Positions 58,669 to 64,000 of a DNA stretch of 64,000 bases are shown piece by piece (the stretch's first letter is position 1; each line of letters opens with the position of its first letter). This DNA is from Patescibacteria group bacterium (lineage in GTDB: Bacteria > Patescibacteriota > Patescibacteriia > CAIXNZ01). The DNA lies in contig JBAZJU010000001.1 in assembly GCA_041651155.1 (NCBI GenBank), positions 27,932 to 91,931 on the forward strand. Direction: 5' to 3'. The translations under genes were made by a program, and so were the position numbers. Below the pieces are notes generated by a model that was given only the letters and a program-made list of their open reading frames with translations, did no database searches and was not told the origin of the DNA.

Positions 58669-59049
58669 ATGGAAAATAATCTAAAAGAGACAACACCTAC
58701 CCAAGGAGGCGTCACAAATCCAGTTAAAGAAAAAGCAACTGGTTCTCAGATGGCCGAATATTTAGTTTTTTTCTTTTTTGGAGCGTTGGATATACTCTTA
58801 GTTTTCCGGCTTATTCTTAAACTGACAGGAGCAAGTATAACAAGCGCCTTTGTGGGTTTTATCTATGGTTTAAGCGGAATTTTTATTTTGCCTTTTGTAG
58901 GAATATTCCACAGCGGGTATACTCAAGGCATAGAAACAACTGCAGTTTTTGAACCGTCAACGCTAGTCGCAATTATTGTGTACGCTGTTTTGGCTTTGGG
59001 CATTGTTAAGCTAATACGAATATTTTCCCGCGAACAGCGAGCTTCTTAG
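58669..59049 (+). CDS. YggT-like membrane protein
   Basis: LL.FR..LKL.GA...S.FV.FIY..S..F..PF.GIF. Confidence 0.75.
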   Translation: MENNLKETTPTQGGVTNPVKEKATGSQMAEYLVFFFFGALDILLVFRLILKLTGASITSAFVGFIYGLSGIFILPFVGIFHSGYTQGIETTAVFEPSTLVAIIVYAVLALGIVKLIRIFSREQRAS

Positions 59050-59111
59050 CTTATTTGATTTGTTTAGTTTAAAGATATGTTTAGCACTAATATAATTAAT
59101 ATAAAAAAATT

Positions 59112-59261
59112 ATGTTGCTTACAATTGCAGTCATTTTAATCATTCTTTGGCTTCTTGGCTTAATCACTTCTTATACCATGGGAGGATTAATCCACATACT
59201 TCTGGTTATTGCGATCATTATAATCGTGGTCCGATTGATCAGAGGAGAAAAGATATTTTAA
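59112..59261 (+). CDS. lmo0937-family small membrane protein (49 aa)
   Basis: Below the cutoff. MLLTIAVILIILWLLGLITSYTMGGLIHILLVIAIIIIVVRLIRGEKIF. Confidence 0.85.
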   Translation: MLLTIAVILIILWLLGLITSYTMGGLIHILLVIAIIIIVVRLIRGEKIF

Positions 59262-59524
59262 GTGCGTTACATACCAATTGATTTTGTTTGTAAAATGAAA
59301 AAGCTCCTTATACCGGATAAATAAAAAACCTTTTCTAAAAGATAGGGTAAATTTTGTTGTAAAAACTTATCCACAGGGGATTTTTCTGCAGAAATGGCGA
59401 AAAAATGGTATAATATATAAAAATTATAGGAGCAATAAGAGCTAGAGGTGAAGATGCGGGTTAAAGCGTACAAAGGTCTTAAAAATAATTAATTTTTACA
59501 TATTTAATTAAGTATTATTTAATT

Positions 59525-61375
59525 ATGAAAAAATTTAAAATGAGTTTAATAGTAACAGTCATTGGTGTCTTGACTGTTTCCTTTGCGCTTGGTCTGAGTG
59601 GGCCAATGACTGCGCAGGCAGCAACCTCTCCCTCTTTAGGAGATGCAGCAACTTATGGTGTTTTAGCCGACACTTTTAATTATAATGTTGGGCTGACAAC
59701 TATTACTGGTGTTGCAGGCACAAGCGTTCTTGGCTATGTTGGGGCATTTCCAGGTGGCGGTGCTTCATTAGTAGTTACTGGTAACACAGAGGTTAATAAT
59801 GCTGCTAGGACCACGGCAGGCACAGCTCAAAACGCTGCTTTAAATAATGTTGTTGATGGTCTTAATATTCAACCTTGTACATCTATTGGTGCAATTGTTG
59901 CTTTAGACGCGATTGATATTGATGGTGCTGGACCTCTTCCTCCTGGAACTTTTACCCCTGGTTGTTATTCCAGTACTGGCACAATGAATATTACTACAGG
60001 CACGACAGTAACACTTAGTGGCTCTGGAACTTATATTTTCAGGCCAGCTGGCGCGCTTAATCCAGCAGCCAATTCAACTATTGCATTAGTTGGCGCATCA
60101 GCCTGTGATGTTTTTTGGGCTCCAATTGCGGCTACAACTATCGGCGCTAACTCAACTTTCGTAGGAACTGTCATTGATGCTGCCGGTATTACCATCGGTA
60201 ATACTGTAAATTGGACAGGAAGAGCTTTGGCTTATGGCGGAACAGTTACGGCTGATACAGATACAATTACAGTACCAACCTGCGTAGTTCCGCCTGTACC
60301 GGGTGGTTCTGTTTCATACACAGGTACAATTAATGTTGTCAAATTAGTCGTTGGCGGAACCAAGATTGTTGCTGATTTTCCATTGTTTATCAATGGCACT
60401 CCAGCTGTTTCTGGTACAACTTATACTTTGCCAGCACAATCTAATATGTATACTATATCTGAAACTATTGATCCTAATTATACTCAAACAATTTCCGGCG
60501 ATTGTGACTCAAGCGGTGTTACATACCTCCAGCCAGCTGAAGTTCTTTTCTGCATTGTCACTAATACCTTCAAAACAGTGCCTGTAGTTGTCCCGCCTCT
60601 AATTGATGTCATTAAAGTCCCTAGTCCTCTAGCTCTGCCAACAGGTTCGGGAGCAGTTACTTATACCTATACTCTTACTAATATTGGCACAGTCCCTGTG
60701 TCCAATGTAACCATGGTAGGTGATACTTGCAGTCCAATAACCTTATCTTCCGGCGATGTTAATTCTGATGCCAAACTTGATTTAACTGAAACATGGATAT
60801 ATAAGTGCTCCACTACTCTTACAGAAACTCATACTAATAACGTGGTTGCAACTGGCTGGGCTAATGGCATAAGCGCAACTGATGTTGCCAGTGCTACGGT
60901 TGTTGTTGGCTCACCTACAGTGCCCCCATTGATCCACGTGACAAAAGTTCCAAATCCGCTCTCATTGCTGGCCAAAGGTGGAATGGTCACTTATACGGAA
61001 AAAATTACTAATCCGGGTACAGTTGCTTTAAGCAATGTTAAGCTCACTGATGATAAGTGCAGTCCGATGGCCTATATTTCTGGCGATACCAATGGTGATT
61101 CAAAGCTTGATACCACTGAAACCTGGACTTATACTTGTAGAACCAACTTGACTAAAACTACTACCAATGTTGCTATTGCATCTGGTGAAGCCAATGGCCT
61201 GACAGTCAGGGATCTTGCGACTGCTACTGTTGTGGTGGCTGCTTTAGTTCCGGCATTGCCAAATACCGGCTATAATCCAGTAGGAGCTTATTTGGCGGTT
61301 TTCATTGTTCTGGCGATTGGAATTCTTGCTGTTTTGAATTATTTTTTCTTTGCGCGAAAAAAACAAACTAGATAA
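59525..61375 (+). CDS. Surface protein: DUF3494 (ice-binding-like) domain, two Ig-like repeats, LPNTG sorting signal
   Basis: Signal peptide; TFTPGCY, G.YIF, A..VFW, GRALA; repeated VTYT...TN.G.V..SNV...D.C.P; LPNTG + TM + RKK. Confidence 0.8.
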   Translation: MKKFKMSLIVTVIGVLTVSFALGLSGPMTAQAATSPSLGDAATYGVLADTFNYNVGLTTITGVAGTSVLGYVGAFPGGGASLVVTGNTEVNNAARTTAGTAQNAALNNVVDGLNIQPCTSIGAIVALDAIDIDGAGPLPPGTFTPGCYSSTGTMNITTGTTVTLSGSGTYIFRPAGALNPAANSTIALVGASACDVFWAPIAATTIGANSTFVGTVIDAAGITIGNTVNWTGRALAYGGTVTADTDTITVPTCVVPPVPGGSVSYTGTINVVKLVVGGTKIVADFPLFINGTPAVSGTTYTLPAQSNMYTISETIDPNYTQTISGDCDSSGVTYLQPAEVLFCIVTNTFKTVPVVVPPLIDVIKVPSPLALPTGSGAVTYTYTLTNIGTVPVSNVTMVGDTCSPITLSSGDVNSDAKLDLTETWIYKCSTTLTETHTNNVVATGWANGISATDVASATVVVGSPTVPPLIHVTKVPNPLSLLAKGGMVTYTEKITNPGTVALSNVKLTDDKCSPMAYISGDTNGDSKLDTTETWTYTCRTNLTKTTTNVAIASGEANGLTVRDLATATVVVAALVPALPNTGYNPVGAYLAVFIVLAIGILAVLNYFFFARKKQTR

Positions 61376-61443
61376 TTAAAGATAAATTAGTAAATAAGAG
61401 TCAGGCAATAGTTTGTCTGGCTCTTATAGTATGATGAGCAGTT

Positions 61444-62154
61444 ATGGCAAAAATAAAACGAACGAAAAAATCATTAAAAAAATTGAAAAATTTTAAAAGA
61501 GGTGCGAAAGGCAGGTCAAAACAAGTTAAAAGAAAAGCAAAAACATTAGGAGCTTTGTCAACGTACGCCAAATTATTTTTTGTCCTTGCTGTCTTTGCCT
61601 TTTCACTTGCACTTCTTTTTTATTTGATTCCGAATAGATCAATCCAAAGTAGTTCTGCGCAACCAAATGAAAATGCGGTTGCCCCTCCGAAACAAGAAAA
61701 GGCCAGCCCTGGTTTGCCGGTACGTCTTAAAATCCCAAAAATCAAGGTTGATGCTGCTGTTGATTCGGTCGGACTTACGCGTCAGGGAGCAGTTGGAGTG
61801 CCAAAGGGACCTTTAACAGTAGCCTGGTTTAATGTCTGGCCGCGTCCTGGAGAAAATGGCAACGCAGTGATTACTGGGCACTATGGCCCTTGGATAACTG
61901 GGCAAAGGTCAGTGTTTGATAATATAAATAAATTAGCAAAAGGCGATAAGTTGTATGTTAAAGATGACAAAGGAACAACAATTACTTTTGTGGTGCGGGA
62001 AATTAAAACTTACACATTGAAATCAGACGCCTCTGAAGTTTTTATTTCAACTGATGGAAAATCCCATTTAAATCTAATTACTTGCGTTGGCACTTGGAAT
62101 AAAAAAACAAAGTTGTATTCAAATCGGTTGGTGGTATTTACTGATAGAGAATAA
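61444..62154 (+). CDS. Class F sortase
   Basis: PVRLKIP.I.VDA, PGE.G.AVI.GH, LNLITC, RLVV. Confidence 0.9.
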   Translation: MAKIKRTKKSLKKLKNFKRGAKGRSKQVKRKAKTLGALSTYAKLFFVLAVFAFSLALLFYLIPNRSIQSSSAQPNENAVAPPKQEKASPGLPVRLKIPKIKVDAAVDSVGLTRQGAVGVPKGPLTVAWFNVWPRPGENGNAVITGHYGPWITGQRSVFDNINKLAKGDKLYVKDDKGTTITFVVREIKTYTLKSDASEVFISTDGKSHLNLITCVGTWNKKTKLYSNRLVVFTDRE

Positions 62155-62227
62155 TTTAAAACTGAGTAAGATTATTTTAAATAAAAAATCCCGGGTAAAA
62201 GCCGGGGTTTTAGTTTGTGTTTTGATA

Positions 62228-62740
62228 TTAAGCAGGATTATATAATAGTTTAAGTTTTTCAAGTCCTCGATGCGCTTGCACAGCTATGTTATTTATTGAT
62301 TGTCCTGTGATTTGAGATATTTCTTTTAGTGACAAATTTTGCACATACTTCAGACTCATCACCCTTTGATATCTTTTAGTAAGACGCGCAAATAAAAGGA
62401 GAGCTGACTGTCCATCTAAAAAATTAAAAAGACGTTGGGAATCGTCAGTGCTTGGTTCAAAACCTTTGGCGCGAAGGACATCAAGTGATGTTGTTTTACG
62501 CTTGCGATATTCATCAATAATGAGGTCATTAAGAATATGATAAAGAAAAGCCTTCATTCTGTTAATTGTCCCTCCTTTTATTAAGTAAGACCATGTTTTT
62601 GTAAAAGTGGACTGCACCAATTCTTCGCTGATCGCGCTATTGCGCACCTTGAAAAAGGCATATGCATTAAGCTTTTTTGAGTAGTCGTGGTGGGCTGTTG
62701 CCAAGACTGCTTGTTGATGTTTTTCCTGTTTTGGGGTCAT
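62228..62740 (-). CDS. ECF-type RNA polymerase sigma factor
   Basis: EELVQ.TF.K.W, AFLY.I..LIID.YRK, LS.KEIS....HRG. Confidence 0.88.
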   Translation of the reverse strand: MTPKQEKHQQAVLATAHHDYSKKLNAYAFFKVRNSAISEELVQSTFTKTWSYLIKGGTINRMKAFLYHILNDLIIDEYRKRKTTSLDVLRAKGFEPSTDDSQRLFNFLDGQSALLLFARLTKRYQRVMSLKYVQNLSLKEISQITGQSINNIAVQAHRGLEKLKLLYNPA

Positions 62741-62963
62741 ATGGTCTCATTTAGCCAAGATTGGCCACGTTTAATAACATTTGCATGGTATTTAAGTCAA
62801 GCTCTCTTAAAACGGTTATTTAGGCCTTAAGCATAGCACTTAAGGTATTTAATAGATATAGCAAATTGTAATAATAAATGCACTCTAACGGCTATATTTA
62901 TATAAGAATGATGACCATGTAATCAATGCGTTTAACATTTATTTAAGTTTTAATAAAAATCAT

Positions 62964-63872
62964 ATGTATAAAATAATTAAACTACAAAAAATGACGCATA
63001 AAGGTCTTTTTTTTAGTTGATTAATAGTCGCACTACTATTTGTCTCGTTTTTCGCGATTAAGAATGCCAAAGCAGAGATAAACAGCCAGTTGGATTTCGG
63101 TTCCAGCGGATCAGATGTTGTTGAACTTCAGACATATCTTGCTGCGGATACAGACATTTATCCTTCCGGTCTTGTTACGGGATATTTTGATTCTTATACG
63201 GAATCGGCAATACAAAAATTTCAAACCGCGCAAGGAATCGTTTCCTCAGGAACGCCTAAGACAACCGGTTATGGCAGGGTAGGCCCCAAAACATTGGTAA
63301 GGATAAATACTCTCATTTATTTAATTCCCATAACCCCAATTCAGAGCAGCCTAGAACCGCTTGTGGACAATAGTGCAATTCTTACAAATTCTGAACAAGC
63401 AGGTTCTCGGTTGCCTGTCGCTATTGCAGGCAGGCCAGAGCGTCTTATAATCCCAGGAATAAATGTTGATGCAGCTGTTAAGGAAGTGGGGCTTACTTCT
63501 GTTGGAGCAATGGATATGATCAAAAGCTTGAATGATGTAGCATGGTATGAATTGGGGCAGCGCCCGGGGGATAATGGCACTGCTGTTTTTGGCGGACACT
63601 ATGATGGCAGGAAAAATGGGGAAGTAGCAGTATTTGATAATTTATATAAATTACGACAAGGCGATAAAATATTTGTTGAAGATGATCAGGGGGTGACTAC
63701 AACTTTCGTAGTGCGTGAAAGCCGAAGGTATGAGTCGCATGCTGACGCTACAGATGTGTTTGTTTCAAATGACGGGAAAGCGCACCTTAACCTTATTGCT
63801 TGTGACGGAGTATGGAATAAAGTTGCCAAAAGTTATTCCCAGCGGCTGGTGGTGTTTACTGATAGGGAATAG
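62964..63872 (+). pseudogene. Peptidoglycan-binding domain + class F sortase, with an in-frame TGA in the signal peptide
   Basis: MYKIIKLQKMTHKGLFFS*LIVALLFVSFFAIKNAKA is in frame with ORF 63090; G.SG.DV..LQ, TGYF...T..A...FQ, GH, LNLIAC, RLVV. Confidence 0.7.
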
Positions 63873-63882
63873 AAATTGTTAT

Positions 63883-63914
63883 AAAAAAGATCGCCAGGAA
63901 ATGGGCGGTCTTTT
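63883..63914 (+). terminator. Terminator family copy 3
   Basis: AAAAAAGATCGCCAGGAAATGGGCGGTCTTTT. Confidence 0.75.
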
Positions 63915-63981
63915 ACGTTTAGGTTGACAAAAAATAAAATAGATGCTAAACTAAAAAATCAATAAACAAAGGAGGAAGTAA

Positions 63982-64000
63982 ATGAGAAAAGTAGATATTA
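63982..64000 (+). CDS. Start of an ORF truncated by the window edge
   Basis: TTGACA..TAAACT promoter, AAAGGAGG SD, ATG AGA AAA GTA GAT ATT. Confidence 0.5.

Noticed and set aside
60580-61250. Internal duplication in the DUF3494 gene as a DGR template/variable repeat pair
   Set aside because: Ordinary tandem Ig-like domains; differences are not adenine-specific and no reverse transcriptase is present.
63018-63020. TGA recoding (genetic code 25)
   Set aside because: Long genes have no internal TGA, and several ORFs end in TGA (for example 4869, 23415, 48150).

Overview
AT-rich bacterial chromosome segment in the standard code (TGA is used as stop). Gene style suggests Patescibacteria/CPR, probably Parcubacteria; this is inference. 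The core scaffold is two tandem CCA-adding-like nucleotidyltransferases, queA, four tRNAs (Ile-UAU, Val-GAC, Val-UAC, Leu-GAG), a DHH protein, valS, tyrS, argS, murA, ferredoxin, yraN, nusA, yidC, an O-antigen ligase and groES-groEL with a CIRCE-like operator. Many accessory modules are interleaved. Most notable: (1) a single-promoter array of six orphan genes separated by five copies of a ~120-150 nt structured repeat with compensatory changes and a boxA-like motif before the Shine-Dalgarno site (48.2-52.3 kb); (2) three ~135 nt non-coding units upstream of both tRNA-Val genes, each duplicating the tRNA 5' end and carrying an antisense segment matched to its own tRNA; (3) an unassigned ~330 nt structured ncRNA with its own promoter and terminator after argS; (4) a split in which orphan genes carry boxA-like + AGGAGG leaders while core genes have no SD; (5) a PhcB-like methyltransferase next to a 7TM histidine kinase, a candidate quorum-sensing pair; (6) a duplicated mosaic of Cys-rich exported proteins and HExxH proteases; (7) a class F sortase / LPNTG surface protein locus. 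All calls come from reading the sequence by eye; no searches were run.
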